DNA of 64,000 nt from a virus (Duplodnaviria; Caudoviricetes), in IMG/VR virus record IMGVR_UViG_3300029305_002995, positions 32,001-96,000 of that record, one strand, 5' to 3'. Shown in pieces: positions 49,503-59,846 of the stretch. The notes beneath the pieces are model-generated. The model did not search any database and was not told the DNA's origin. It saw only the letters and a list, made by a program, of their open reading frames with translations. Each line of letters starts with the position of its first letter. The stretch's first letter is position 1. Made by a program: the position numbers and the translations under genes.

Positions 49503-50138
49503 ATGAACTCTATGAATCTTAAACAAGGCGATTTAATTGAACTGACTGTTGATATGGGTATGGTTACAGCAGGTCAAATTTGCGAAGTAGTAAACGTATC
49601 TGATGCAGGTGTTGTTTCTTTCCAGTGCGATAAAGGTTTTGGTGTGGTGTCTGATGATGAAGTACAGAAATACTTCAAACGATATGAAAAACCAGTTGAA
49701 CCAGAAACTTATTCTGTAGATGGTGAATTTGTTGATGATATTCTGAGAGGTGCAAACATTCAGATTATTACTGTGTTTAATAAATGTACCATTGTAGCTT
49801 GTCAGTTGGAAAATGGTTATGTGATTGTTGAGTCTTGTTCTTGTGTTGACCCACGAAATTATTCTGTAGAAGTTGGTATTGAGGAATGTATGAAAAAAAT
49901 TGTAGATAAAGTTTACGAACTTGAAGCATACGTTCTTTCCGAAGAATTAATTGAAGAAGATGAAAAATATGCAAATATGATTGAACAGGTCAAGGATAAT
50001 TATGTTGAAGTTAATGGAACTGTAGAATTTGAAGATTGTCCATGTTGTTGCGAATGTCCTTGCTGTGGCTGCGAAGCAGACAATTGTGATAATTGTGACT
50101 GTGAACCAAATGCCGATTGCGACTGGTGTAATAAATAG
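49503..50138 (+). CDS. Gp49-like family protein with Cys-rich tail
   Basis: TIVACQLENGYVIVE.CSCVDP.NY..EVG. Confidence 0.65.
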   Translation: MNSMNLKQGDLIELTVDMGMVTAGQICEVVNVSDAGVVSFQCDKGFGVVSDDEVQKYFKRYEKPVEPETYSVDGEFVDDILRGANIQIITVFNKCTIVACQLENGYVIVESCSCVDPRNYSVEVGIEECMKKIVDKVYELEAYVLSEELIEEDEKYANMIEQVKDNYVEVNGTVEFEDCPCCCECPCCGCEADNCDNCDCEPNADCDWCNK

Positions 50139-50217
50139 TTTAAGAAAGTAAAGTTATAATGGGGAGTTTGTATTAAACTCCCCTACTTCATAAAAACTAA
50201 TTTTATGGGTGATTTAA

Positions 50218-50403
50218 ATGGCTCAGAAACCTAATAAATGTGTAAATTGTGGGGTGCATCCTCAGTGGCATGGTGCAGATTATAATATTGTTTTTGAAGA
50301 TGCAATGGCTACGGCATTAGTGTGTCCTTACTGCCAAAAACGTACTCAATGGCATAAAACCATTGAAGAAGTGGAAAAAGAATGGAATGAAATCAATGTT
50401 TAA
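50218..50403 (+). CDS. Small Zn-ribbon (Lar-like) protein
   Basis: CxxCG..CPxC...WN. Confidence 0.55.
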   Translation: MAQKPNKCVNCGVHPQWHGADYNIVFEDAMATALVCPYCQKRTQWHKTIEEVEKEWNEINV

Positions 50404-50544
50404 TAATCTACAAAAGTTCTTTGCAACTATTTTTAATTTAAGTGTAATTAAACAGTCTTTTTTTGTTATGTTGGTTGTTTTGTTAATACTGGTACTTTTG
50501 TGGTTAAAGCATTGTTGGAGCAAATATTTTGAAGGTGATAACTA

Positions 50545-50766
50545 ATGGAACAATGTAAATATAGGCTACCTTGCGGTTATTGCGAAAGAATCAACAACCA
50601 GTGTAAACTTCTGACAAAAAATAGCAACAAGCAAAATGACAATAACTGTAATCATAGATGGATGTTTTCACACGATAATCCAAGTGGTGGTTATATCTAT
50701 GTGTGTGCAAATTGTGATTTAGTTTGTATTTTTCCAGAGAAAGTTCAGCAAATTATAAAGATGTAA
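50545..50766 (+). CDS. Small Cys-rich protein
   Basis: Several Cys/His pairs. Confidence 0.55.
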   Translation: MEQCKYRLPCGYCERINNQCKLLTKNSNKQNDNNCNHRWMFSHDNPSGGYIYVCANCDLVCIFPEKVQQIIKM

Positions 50767-50781
50767 AGAGGTGATATTATA

Positions 50782-51312
50782 ATGATTAAATTTGTAGCTA
50801 AATATTTAAGCAAAACAGTCATCAGACTAATTGTGCCAGTTCTTTGCTTGAGTATTGGTATTGGTGTGTTTTGGGCAGGAACAAAAGCGAGAGTAGAAAA
50901 TTATGAAAAAAATCTTAACGCCGCATTGACTTCTGCTGAAATTCAGACCAAAGCAAAACAACAATTGCTCGGAAAATTAAATGTTCTGATTAAAGAGTTG
51001 GATAAACAGGAATACGAAACAATTGAAGAAATCATTGAGGTTGCTCAAATTACTGATGCTGATTTCAAAGAAATCAAAAATGTTGTAGATGCCGTTGTAG
51101 ATAATTATCCAGAATTAGCTAATATGGAAGAATATCAAGTATTAACTAATGATTTACTTTCCGTTGAAGAAAAACTGGATTATGTTGAAGCTAATTACGA
51201 AAATTGGTTAGTGTATTATAAAGAGTTTACTTCTAATCCACTTAGAAAATTTGCTTTAAAAACACTTGGTTATGAAGTAGTTGAATTTGAAGATACTGTA
51301 AAAGGAGATTAA
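50782..51312 (+). CDS. lemA: LemA-like protein
   Basis: N-terminal TM helix; YPEL....Y..L...L..VE...Y. Confidence 0.7.
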   Translation: MIKFVAKYLSKTVIRLIVPVLCLSIGIGVFWAGTKARVENYEKNLNAALTSAEIQTKAKQQLLGKLNVLIKELDKQEYETIEEIIEVAQITDADFKEIKNVVDAVVDNYPELANMEEYQVLTNDLLSVEEKLDYVEANYENWLVYYKEFTSNPLRKFALKTLGYEVVEFEDTVKGD

Positions 51313-51317
51313 CTGTT

Positions 51318-51821
51318 ATGATGATTACTAAAGGTGAAAGAATTGTACTGAAAAAGATTTTTGGCTCACTTAATGCCGTTGGTGAAGTATATGAAGTTGC
51401 ACACTTCACCGAAGATTCTGTAGTTATCAGAACTTCTAATACTAAAATCGCAGTAGCTTCTATTAGCTTTAAAGATTTTGATGAATACTTTATTCGTGAA
51501 GCTGTAGATACTTCTTGGAGCAAATGGATTACCGTTGGCGAAGCAAATAATTTAATCGGTTATTACAAAACCAATGGCAAGAAAGTGGTATTCAAAACTG
51601 TTGCAGGTATCAAAGCAATGGCTACCTGTTGCAAAGAAGATACTTTCAATCTTGGTACTGGCGTTATGCTTGCTTATCAGCGTTGTTTGCTGAAAGAAAT
51701 GAAAATGAAACGTCAAGAGATTCTTAAAAAGATTGACGATGATTATAAAGCTTTACATAGTGTTGAATCTGAAATTAAAGAACAGAAAGATATGCTTAAA
51801 CGTATGTTGAGAGGTGCTTAA
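51318..51821 (+). CDS. Hypothetical phage protein
   Basis: A.CC.ED.FN...G..LA..R motif. Confidence 0.6.
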   Translation: MMITKGERIVLKKIFGSLNAVGEVYEVAHFTEDSVVIRTSNTKIAVASISFKDFDEYFIREAVDTSWSKWITVGEANNLIGYYKTNGKKVVFKTVAGIKAMATCCKEDTFNLGTGVMLAYQRCLLKEMKMKRQEILKKIDDDYKALHSVESEIKEQKDMLKRMLRGA

Positions 51822-53025
51822 TATGGCAATCTATTTAGATAATGCCGCAACTACTCCAATTGACCCTCGAATTTTAGAAGTTATGCTACCCTATTTAACA
51901 AACAAGTGGTATAATCCTTCTTCTTTATATAGCAAATCCGTTCAGATTCAAGAAGATGTAGAATTAGCAAGACAAACTGTTTTAGATTGTATTGGTGGTA
52001 CAGGCAAAGGACAGATTTACTTTACTTCTGGAGGAAGTGAAGCAAATTGTATGGCAATTCAAGGTTTCAGAAAACAATGTATTGCTGATTATTATTTTCC
52101 TGTAATTATTAAATCTACTATAGAACATAAATCTATTGTAGATTGTGTGGAAGATAGTCAACACAATCATTATCTTGCACCTGTTGACGAAGAAGGTTTT
52201 GTTAATATTGACGTTTTGGAAAATATTATTTCAAGCATACTTGAATCAAATGCAGATAATGAATTGATTCCTCAAAAAATTCTTGTGTCTATTCAAATGG
52301 CTAATAATGAAATTGGTACTATTCAAAATATTCGTGCTATTTCTCAGATGGTACATAAATATAAAGATGTAGTTCTTCATGTCGATGCAGTACAGGCATT
52401 AGGGCATATTCCTATTGACGTTAAATATTTGGGAATCGATATGCTTTCTGCAAGTGGTCATAAAATTGGTTGTCCTAAAGGCATTGGCTTTTTATATGTA
52501 AAAAATAGAATCAAAATTAAACCAATCATTTATGGTAGTCAAATGGATGGTATGCGTGGTGGAACTGAAAATGTTCCTTATATTATTGGTATGGCAAAAG
52601 CTATTAAGCTCTGCAAGAATAACATGATTAAAAATGAAGCACGTTTAACCACTGTAAGAGATTACTTGATTACTTTGTTAGAAGATAAATTTGGTTGTAA
52701 AGTAAATGGTAGCAAAGTTGCAAGGCTATCTAACAATATTAATGTTACTTTTCCGCATAAATACATGACAGGCGAATCTTTGTTGTATGCTTTAGACACC
52801 GCAGGTATTTATGTTGGAACTGGTTCTTCTTGTAATAGTCATAGTGTTAAACCATCTTATGTATTAAAGGCAATTGGTTTAACAGATGAAGAATGTGCAA
52901 GAACTATCCGTATCACTTTGTCTGCTGATACCACAATTGACGATGCAAATAAAGTGGGATTAGAAATCAGAAAAGCGTTACGAATTATGGAAAAATGTGC
53001 AGGTGAAAGTTTAGATGAACTTTAA
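51814..53025 (+). CDS. iscS: Cysteine desulfurase (IscS/NifS family)
   Basis: IYLDNAATTP, FTSGGSEAN, NNEIGT, SGHK, GTENV, GSSCNS. Confidence 0.93.
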   Translation: MLNMAIYLDNAATTPIDPRILEVMLPYLTNKWYNPSSLYSKSVQIQEDVELARQTVLDCIGGTGKGQIYFTSGGSEANCMAIQGFRKQCIADYYFPVIIKSTIEHKSIVDCVEDSQHNHYLAPVDEEGFVNIDVLENIISSILESNADNELIPQKILVSIQMANNEIGTIQNIRAISQMVHKYKDVVLHVDAVQALGHIPIDVKYLGIDMLSASGHKIGCPKGIGFLYVKNRIKIKPIIYGSQMDGMRGGTENVPYIIGMAKAIKLCKNNMIKNEARLTTVRDYLITLLEDKFGCKVNGSKVARLSNNINVTFPHKYMTGESLLYALDTAGIYVGTGSSCNSHSVKPSYVLKAIGLTDEECARTIRITLSADTTIDDANKVGLEIRKALRIMEKCAGESLDEL

Positions 53026-53362
53026 ATATGTTAGAAATAAAGCTGAATATTTGTTATTTGTAGAACAAAGAAAATCCAGTTTTGACTATTTACATGATTG
53101 GGAAGATTTCTTTGGTATTCGATATTATCAAGATAGCGAACATTTAGCTGATATTACTGTTTGTCCACCAGACTATCCAGCTTTTATTTATTGCAATTTT
53201 ATTGATACAAAACCCAAATTCCCTGTTAGAAGCATCGACTTTCTACCTGTTAGTCAGATTATAAATAGTAAATATAAAAATTGGTGTCATAATCTTAATA
53301 TGGTTATCAATGATAATATTTTAGTAGATGGCGTTCAAACTTTAACCAATCAAAAAGAGTAA
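53015..53362 (+). CDS. Hypothetical protein
   Basis: ORF overlapping the iscS stop. Confidence 0.55.
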   Translation: MNFKYVRNKAEYLLFVEQRKSSFDYLHDWEDFFGIRYYQDSEHLADITVCPPDYPAFIYCNFIDTKPKFPVRSIDFLPVSQIINSKYKNWCHNLNMVINDNILVDGVQTLTNQKE

Positions 53363-53410
53363 AAGTTTAATAAATTCGGTACGAATAATTAGATATTTTA
53401 GAGGTGTAAT

Positions 53411-53917
53411 ATGAAAATAACAGCTGAATATAAAGGAAAGCAAGTGACGTTTGATGTTCCAGACGAAACGCTGGACAAACTAATCGAAGAGCCGAAGAAA
53501 AAGACTGGTTGGGAGAAGCCAGTATGGGGGCAAACCTACTGGTTTATCGATGAGCTTGGAGAAGTCGAGGGCAAGGATTGGAAAGACGATGAATTAGACG
53601 AGAAGAGATACGCTTGTGGTAACTGCTTCACCTCTAAGGAACTCGCTGAAAACATCGCTCGTTACCAGTCACTTGACCTCAGAATCAGACGCAGAATCGC
53701 TGAAATTTGTGAGCCTGTGGATTGGAAGAGTAGGACGTGGAAATCTGACATTGTGTATATCCACGAAGAAGGTAGACTTGTTTGTGGAGATACGATGACC
53801 GCCCAATCTGCATCGTGGTGCTGCGACACTAAAGAACACGCTAAACAAATCATCGAAGAATTCAAAGACGAACTGACTTGGTACTTTACCGAATTCAAAG
53901 ACAGGATGGATGGATAG
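53411..53917 (+). CDS. Hypothetical phage protein with atypical, GC-richer codons
   Basis: GAGGTG RBS; GNCF...E.A motif. Confidence 0.7.
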   Translation: MKITAEYKGKQVTFDVPDETLDKLIEEPKKKTGWEKPVWGQTYWFIDELGEVEGKDWKDDELDEKRYACGNCFTSKELAENIARYQSLDLRIRRRIAEICEPVDWKSRTWKSDIVYIHEEGRLVCGDTMTAQSASWCCDTKEHAKQIIEEFKDELTWYFTEFKDRMDG

Positions 53918-54037
53918 TATGAAACTAATTATAGTTTTTGCAAGTATCGCTTTAGCAGTAGCTTGTTTTTCTTGCATTATAGATGATTGTATTGATATGA
54001 TTATCGATTTTGTAAAGGAAATCAGAAAGGATAAATA

Positions 54038-54736
54038 ATGAAAACGTCTGAATTATTTAAAACAGAATTAGATTATATTAAAATTGACATTTTAAAAGAG
54101 ATTACAAAACGTACTTTAGATGATGCACCATCTTGTTTTAAGGTTATTCCTGCTTCAAGTAGCGGAAAATATCATCCAATGTATGCTATTAAACGTGGTA
54201 GTGAATTTAATGGTTTGGTAGACGCAGGTGGATTAGTTTTACATACAAAAGCTGCTGTAAATATTGCTCATAGTGTTATGCAAACTAAGTATTTTGACGA
54301 TGTTTTATACAATTTCTTTAATAGAGCAGTTAGTTTAGATGGTATTGCAAAAGTTAAAGCAGTGTATATGGATATTGTTTATGCTGCTTTACTCTGTCAC
54401 GATACACAGAAACCAGATGATACTCCACAACACAACACTCGTTTCGACCATCCTATTGAAGCTGTAAAAGCATGGCTTAAAAATGCAAACATAGTATTGG
54501 ATGAATATTATCCTTTGGGTTCTTCTGAAAAAGAACGTAAAAGAATTGACCTTGTAAATGTTGTAGCGCGTTGTATTGGTAGTCACATGGGCGAATGGAA
54601 TAAATCTAATTATTCTGATGTTGTGTTGCCTACTCCTGCTGATTCGCTTGCTCAGTTTGTTCATCTGTGTGACTTCCTCGCTTCAAGACGATTTTTAGAA
54701 TTTGACTTTAGAGCATTTGCAGAAGTAGGTAGATAA
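54038..54736 (+). CDS. HD-domain phosphohydrolase
   Basis: PASSSGKYHP, GGLVLHT, LCHD, SHMGEW, HLCD. Confidence 0.8.
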   Translation: MKTSELFKTELDYIKIDILKEITKRTLDDAPSCFKVIPASSSGKYHPMYAIKRGSEFNGLVDAGGLVLHTKAAVNIAHSVMQTKYFDDVLYNFFNRAVSLDGIAKVKAVYMDIVYAALLCHDTQKPDDTPQHNTRFDHPIEAVKAWLKNANIVLDEYYPLGSSEKERKRIDLVNVVARCIGSHMGEWNKSNYSDVVLPTPADSLAQFVHLCDFLASRRFLEFDFRAFAEVGR

Positions 54737-54906
54737 TATGAATAAGTATTTACTATTATGGTTTATTGGAAATATTCTATTAATCATAGGTTGTATAATG
54801 TTATTCCAGAGTGTTGAGTTTTTCTTTACTGCTACAACCACTTATTTCTGTTTATGTATCGGTATGTTATGTTTGTGTATTGTGTTTTTCAAAGGATGTA
54901 AATGAT

Positions 54907-55347
54907 ATGTATTATAGAATCAAAAATGAAATCAAAGAAGCCATGAAAAATAAAGATAATCTTAAAAAGGACTGTCTTAGAATGGTTTTGGATAGAGCAA
55001 AAAATATTTTAAAAGAAAAGAATCCATTGGATGTTCCAGAAGTGATTCCGAATGAAATTATTGAGCAATCTGTGCAAAAAGAGATTAAGCAATATAACCA
55101 AACTATTGATAGTTTGAAAGGCAATGAATTGTGTGATTTGTATAGCGAAACTCAGTATAAAATGGGAATTTTATCCACCTATCTTCCTAAGATGATGACA
55201 TCAGAAGAAGTAGACAGAGCAGTTTACAATATTCTTTCTGGTGGTGCTTATGATTCTCTTGGCTTAAAAATGAAAGCGTGTATGTCTGCATTAAAAGGTA
55301 AAGCAGATAATAAAGTTATTAAAACTGCTGTAGAGAAATACAAGTAG
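54907..55347 (+). CDS. GatB/YqeY-domain protein (start corrected to MYYRIK)
   Basis: IKEAMKNKD, YLPKMM, LKGKAD. Confidence 0.8.
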   Translation: MYYRIKNEIKEAMKNKDNLKKDCLRMVLDRAKNILKEKNPLDVPEVIPNEIIEQSVQKEIKQYNQTIDSLKGNELCDLYSETQYKMGILSTYLPKMMTSEEVDRAVYNILSGGAYDSLGLKMKACMSALKGKADNKVIKTAVEKYK

Positions 55348-55374
55348 TAAGTAAGGTTGTGAGGTGTTTGTATT

Positions 55375-57639
55375 ATGCGAGTGTTGCTTTTATTTAGAGG
55401 TAGTCCCGCTTGTGGTAAATCTACTTTTATTGAACAGCATGGTCTAAAACCATATACATTGTGTGCTGATGATATTAGACTTCTTTGTGCAAGCCCTACT
55501 TTGCAGGTTGATGGTGGTTACGGTATTAGTCAGTCCAATGATAAAGTAGTATGGAATACCCTATTTAATATCTTAGAAACCCGTATGCAGAATGGTGAAT
55601 TTACCGTTATTGATGCAACAAATTCTAAAACCGTTGAAATGAATCGTTATAAAGAATTAGCACAGCATTATCGTTATAGAATCTACTGTATTGATATGAC
55701 TGATATTCCTATCGATGAAGTCAAACGTAGAAATTATAATCGTGAGCCGATGAAACGTGTTCCAGATGAAGTAATCGACAAAATGTATTCTCGTTTTGCT
55801 ACACAGCAGATTCCCGCAGGTATTAAGGTGTTGAAACCAGATGAAATAGACCAGATTTACTATAGATTTACAGACTTATCTCAATATGAAAATGTGTATG
55901 TAGTTGGTGATATTCATGGTTGTTATACTGCTTTGAAACAATTAATGGAGTCTTGCGGTGGTTTAAAAGACGAAGATTGTTGGATTTTCTGTGGAGATTA
56001 TGTTGATAGAGGTGTTGAAAATGTTGAAACTATGCAGTTTTTACATAGCCTAATCAACAAAAAGAATGTTATTTTTCTCGAAGGTAATCACGAAAGATGT
56101 CTTTGGGATTATGGTAACGATGTGATTTCTAAGTCTAAGGAGTTTGAGTTTGTGACTAAACCACAATTAATCAAAGGTGGTTTTAGCAGAAAACAAGCAA
56201 GAGAATTTTATCGCAAACTTGGACAGTGTTGTTATTTCAAATATCATAATCAGTTATACTTTGCAAATCATGGTGGCGTTAGTAATATGCCTGCAAATCC
56301 TTTGTTTATTCCATCAGAACAAATGATTGAAGGTGTGGGCAGATATGATGATGTAGATAAAGTAGATATTGCTTGGAGTGATAATTTTAAAGCAAAAAAT
56401 GTTTCAGCTATTCAGATTCATGGTCATCGGAATACTGCTAACTCTCCTATTTGGTCTACTCCATACTCTTATAATTTAGAAGGTTCTGTTGAATTTGGTG
56501 GAATGTTACGTTGTGTTCGTTTAACTCTGCTTAGTTCTTATCCTGTTCCAATTGCTGTACAGAATGATGTGTATAAAACAGAAGAAGAAATTCAAGAATC
56601 TAATATCACCAAAGAAAATATAGATACTTCTATTTATAGCTTAGTTGAGACTATGAGAAGTCATAAGTATATTCGTGAGAATAGATTTGGTAATATTTCT
56701 GCTTTTAATTTTACCAAACAAGCTTTCCAGAAAGATATTTGGGATAAGACTACTGTAAAAGCAAGAGGTTTATTCATTAACACCAAAGACTATAAAGTAG
56801 TTGCCAGAGGTTATGAGAAGTTCTGGAACATTAATCAGATGCCAGAAACTAAGATTGCAAATCTTAAATTTAAGCTTCAATTCCCTGTTCAAGCTTATGT
56901 AAAAGAAAATGGTTTTCTTGGTATTGTGAGTTGGGATGTCGATAATGATGATTTATTCATTTGTAGTAAATCTACGCCTGTTGGCGAATATTCTAACTAC
57001 ATGAAAAATGCTCTGTATTCTTGTTATGATGCAAATACAATTAGTCAAATGAAGGAATATATTAAAGAAAATAATGTATCTTTTGTATTTGAATGTTGTG
57101 ACGCACAGAATGACCCACATATTATTGAATATCCAGAGACTAAAGTAGTTCTTTTGGATATAATTAATAATGATATTGAGTTTGGTAAATTACCATATTA
57201 TGAATTAAAAGCATTAGCAAGACATTTAGGATTGCAGGTTAAAATCCACGCTTATACTCTTGATTCTTGGGAACAATTCTATGCTTGGTATTGTGAAGTA
57301 ACAGAAGAAGATTATAAATTCAATGATAAATATATTGAAGGGTTTGTAATTGAAGATTCTGTTGGTTATATGACTAAGTTAAAACTTGCCTACTATAATA
57401 AATGGAAACATTTAAGAAGTGTTGCACAAGCAATTATTAAATACGGTCATTACAAATATACTGGTAGTTTGAACGATAGTATCAGCAATGAATTTCATGG
57501 TTGGTGCAAGAGTAAATTCACTAATCTTTCCAGAGAAGAACGTGAAGCATTAAGTAAATTATACTATTGTAATGTTATTCAAATCAGAAATCAGTTCTTT
57601 GAAGATATGACTAATAAAACAGAAATAGAAGGTGAATAA
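55375..57639 (+). CDS. Polynucleotide kinase - metallophosphatase - RNA ligase fusion (RNA repair)
   Basis: GSPACGKST/DATN kinase; GDIHG, GDYVDRG, GNHE phosphatase; KENG and EGFV ligase motifs. Confidence 0.88.
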   Translation: MRVLLLFRGSPACGKSTFIEQHGLKPYTLCADDIRLLCASPTLQVDGGYGISQSNDKVVWNTLFNILETRMQNGEFTVIDATNSKTVEMNRYKELAQHYRYRIYCIDMTDIPIDEVKRRNYNREPMKRVPDEVIDKMYSRFATQQIPAGIKVLKPDEIDQIYYRFTDLSQYENVYVVGDIHGCYTALKQLMESCGGLKDEDCWIFCGDYVDRGVENVETMQFLHSLINKKNVIFLEGNHERCLWDYGNDVISKSKEFEFVTKPQLIKGGFSRKQAREFYRKLGQCCYFKYHNQLYFANHGGVSNMPANPLFIPSEQMIEGVGRYDDVDKVDIAWSDNFKAKNVSAIQIHGHRNTANSPIWSTPYSYNLEGSVEFGGMLRCVRLTLLSSYPVPIAVQNDVYKTEEEIQESNITKENIDTSIYSLVETMRSHKYIRENRFGNISAFNFTKQAFQKDIWDKTTVKARGLFINTKDYKVVARGYEKFWNINQMPETKIANLKFKLQFPVQAYVKENGFLGIVSWDVDNDDLFICSKSTPVGEYSNYMKNALYSCYDANTISQMKEYIKENNVSFVFECCDAQNDPHIIEYPETKVVLLDIINNDIEFGKLPYYELKALARHLGLQVKIHAYTLDSWEQFYAWYCEVTEEDYKFNDKYIEGFVIEDSVGYMTKLKLAYYNKWKHLRSVAQAIIKYGHYKYTGSLNDSISNEFHGWCKSKFTNLSREEREALSKLYYCNVIQIRNQFFEDMTNKTEIEGE

Positions 57640-58066
57640 AATGCATCAAGTATATAGAGTATATGATAGATTATCAAATAAATGGCTTAGTCCATTTGAA
57701 GTTTGCGAATTACCAAACGGTGATTTGTGTAGTTTGAAAAAAACATTGTTTGGCAATTATAAAATGAAATTGCTTGCGGATAGTCAATATATTCGTCATA
57801 GATGTACTGGTAATGTAGATAGAAATAGAAAGTTAGTCTATGAAGGAGATATTTGTTGTCACGTTTCTAATGTTACTGGTATTATTACTTATCTTACTGA
57901 GTTATCCAGTTTTGTTTTGTTAGACCATAAAACAACCCAATATTTCCACCTTCCAGAGCAAGTATATAAAGACATTACTGTTATTGCCAATGTGTGCGAT
58001 AATCCAGAGATTGCAGAACGTGAATTAACTACTTCTGAAAATAATAACGAGGATAATGATGACTAA
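57632..58066 (+). CDS. YopX family protein
   Basis: CTG..D....VYEGDI...VIANV.DNPE. Confidence 0.75.
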   Translation: MNKMHQVYRVYDRLSNKWLSPFEVCELPNGDLCSLKKTLFGNYKMKLLADSQYIRHRCTGNVDRNRKLVYEGDICCHVSNVTGIITYLTELSSFVLLDHKTTQYFHLPEQVYKDITVIANVCDNPEIAERELTTSENNNEDNDD

Positions 58067-58952
58067 TACAAATCTAAAGGATTCAATTAAAAATTTTGTC
58101 AAGGTAAATCGAGCAGTTATAGCCAAACAAATTAAACATTTACAAGAAACCTATTATATTTACCCTACTGTAGCCATTCTTTGCAATTTTAACAATTCTT
58201 CTTCTGTCGCTTATATGAATAGTATCATTAAAGCTTGTGAAAATACAGACTTAGAATATTCTATTATTCATATTGAAGATAGAAGTGAATTAGATGTAAT
58301 TGAAATTATCAAAAGATTGAATAACGATAATAATCTTCATGGTATTATTGTTACCTTACCTTTGTCTAAACAATTCAATACACGCAGAGTGCTTAATACT
58401 ATCGACCCATTAAAAGATATTGACTGCGTGACCGATGTAAATATTGGTAAATTATTTACTGGAAAACCTCGTTATTATCCATGCACTCCAATGGCTATTG
58501 TAAATTGGCTTGTAGATTCCAATGTGCGTCTTAGCGGAATGAATATTGTTGTTGTTGGTAGAAGTGATATTGTTGGTAAACCTTTAGCTACCATACTAAC
58601 ACAAAAAGATGCTACAGTTACCTTGTGTCATTCCAAAACACAGGGTTTACAAGGTATTTGTAAAGATGCAGATATTGTAATTACTGCAATTGGACAGCCC
58701 AAAATGTTAACTACGGATTATTTTACTCTAAACACCCTAATTATCGATGCAGGTATTAATGTATTGGAAGATGGTAGTATCTGTGGCGATGTAGATTACG
58801 ACAATGTTAAAAATATTGAAGGTGTGACCCTTACTCCTGTTCCAAATGGTATTGGTAGAATTACCACTTCGATGGTAGTAGAAAATTGTGTATTAGCTGC
58901 TCAAAAGCAGATAGATAAACGGTTACTTCAAATTGCTTTAGGTGATATTTAA
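58056..58952 (+). CDS. folD: Methylenetetrahydrofolate dehydrogenase/cyclohydrolase
   Basis: KDIDC, PCTP, GRSDIVGKP, TVTLCHS, GDVD, TPVPNGIG. Confidence 0.9.
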   Translation: MMTNTNLKDSIKNFVKVNRAVIAKQIKHLQETYYIYPTVAILCNFNNSSSVAYMNSIIKACENTDLEYSIIHIEDRSELDVIEIIKRLNNDNNLHGIIVTLPLSKQFNTRRVLNTIDPLKDIDCVTDVNIGKLFTGKPRYYPCTPMAIVNWLVDSNVRLSGMNIVVVGRSDIVGKPLATILTQKDATVTLCHSKTQGLQGICKDADIVITAIGQPKMLTTDYFTLNTLIIDAGINVLEDGSICGDVDYDNVKNIEGVTLTPVPNGIGRITTSMVVENCVLAAQKQIDKRLLQIALGDI

Positions 58953-59265
58953 TATGAAAGAATTTCTTCCAAAAGACGCTACAGATGAAGTTGTAGATTT
59001 TATTGAAAAACGATTTTCTAAAGATAGCGATTGGTTAAATGGTAATTGCTATTACTTCGCATTGATTCTTAAAACAAGGTTTCCTAAAGGTAAAATCTAT
59101 TATGATACGATTGAAGGACATTTTGTTTTAAGATACGAAGGTAAGTATTATGACTGGCTTGGTGAATATACGCCTGTTAAACGTTCTGCTGTAAAACAGT
59201 GGAGCAGAATGGGTAGCGTTGACCCATATTTAAGAGATATTATCAAAAGAGATTGCTTAATGTAA
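58942..59265 (+). CDS. Hypothetical protein
   Basis: GNCYYFA..L...H motif. Confidence 0.6.
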   Translation: MIFNMKEFLPKDATDEVVDFIEKRFSKDSDWLNGNCYYFALILKTRFPKGKIYYDTIEGHFVLRYEGKYYDWLGEYTPVKRSAVKQWSRMGSVDPYLRDIIKRDCLM

Positions 59266-59269
59266 AGAG

Positions 59270-59710
59270 GTGATTAAAATGAAACAGGAAATTCAGTTCT
59301 ATCTTGCAGGAGGTATGAGTGGTTTGACACTTGAAGGACAAACTAAATGGAGGAATCAAGTACAAGATGCTATTAAATTTAGTGATTATGACCTTGTAAA
59401 AACTCCTAAATTCTTTGACCCTACCACTAAATATTCTATTTTTGAAAACTATCATAAATCCGAGCGTGAAGTTTTTGAGTATGATGTTAGAAACTTAAAA
59501 TGGTCTGATGTGGTTATTGTAAACTTCAACGTTCCGAGTTCTATTGGTACTGCTATGGAACTTATGTGTGCAAAAGAAAATGGTATTCCAGTTATTGGAT
59601 TAAATAAAGATGGAAATACTTTACATCCTTGGCTTGAAGAATGTACGACCAGAATGTGTACTTCTATGCAGGAACTTGTAGATTATGCCGTTCATTATTT
59701 CTTACAGTAA
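59270..59710 (+). CDS. Nucleoside 2-deoxyribosyltransferase-like protein
   Basis: YLAGGM, D...SDVVIV, SIGTAMEL. Confidence 0.8.
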   Translation: MIKMKQEIQFYLAGGMSGLTLEGQTKWRNQVQDAIKFSDYDLVKTPKFFDPTTKYSIFENYHKSEREVFEYDVRNLKWSDVVIVNFNVPSSIGTAMELMCAKENGIPVIGLNKDGNTLHPWLEECTTRMCTSMQELVDYAVHYFLQ

Positions 59711-59846
59711 TAAATATTTTAAGAAAATAAGGTTATCAGCTATTGACTAAATGAAAATTTTGGTGTATAATTAATTTATGATAATAAGGTTGTACGCTAA
59801 TATAGCCTTAATTATACAAAGACAAAATAAGGAGTGAAAACCAATT

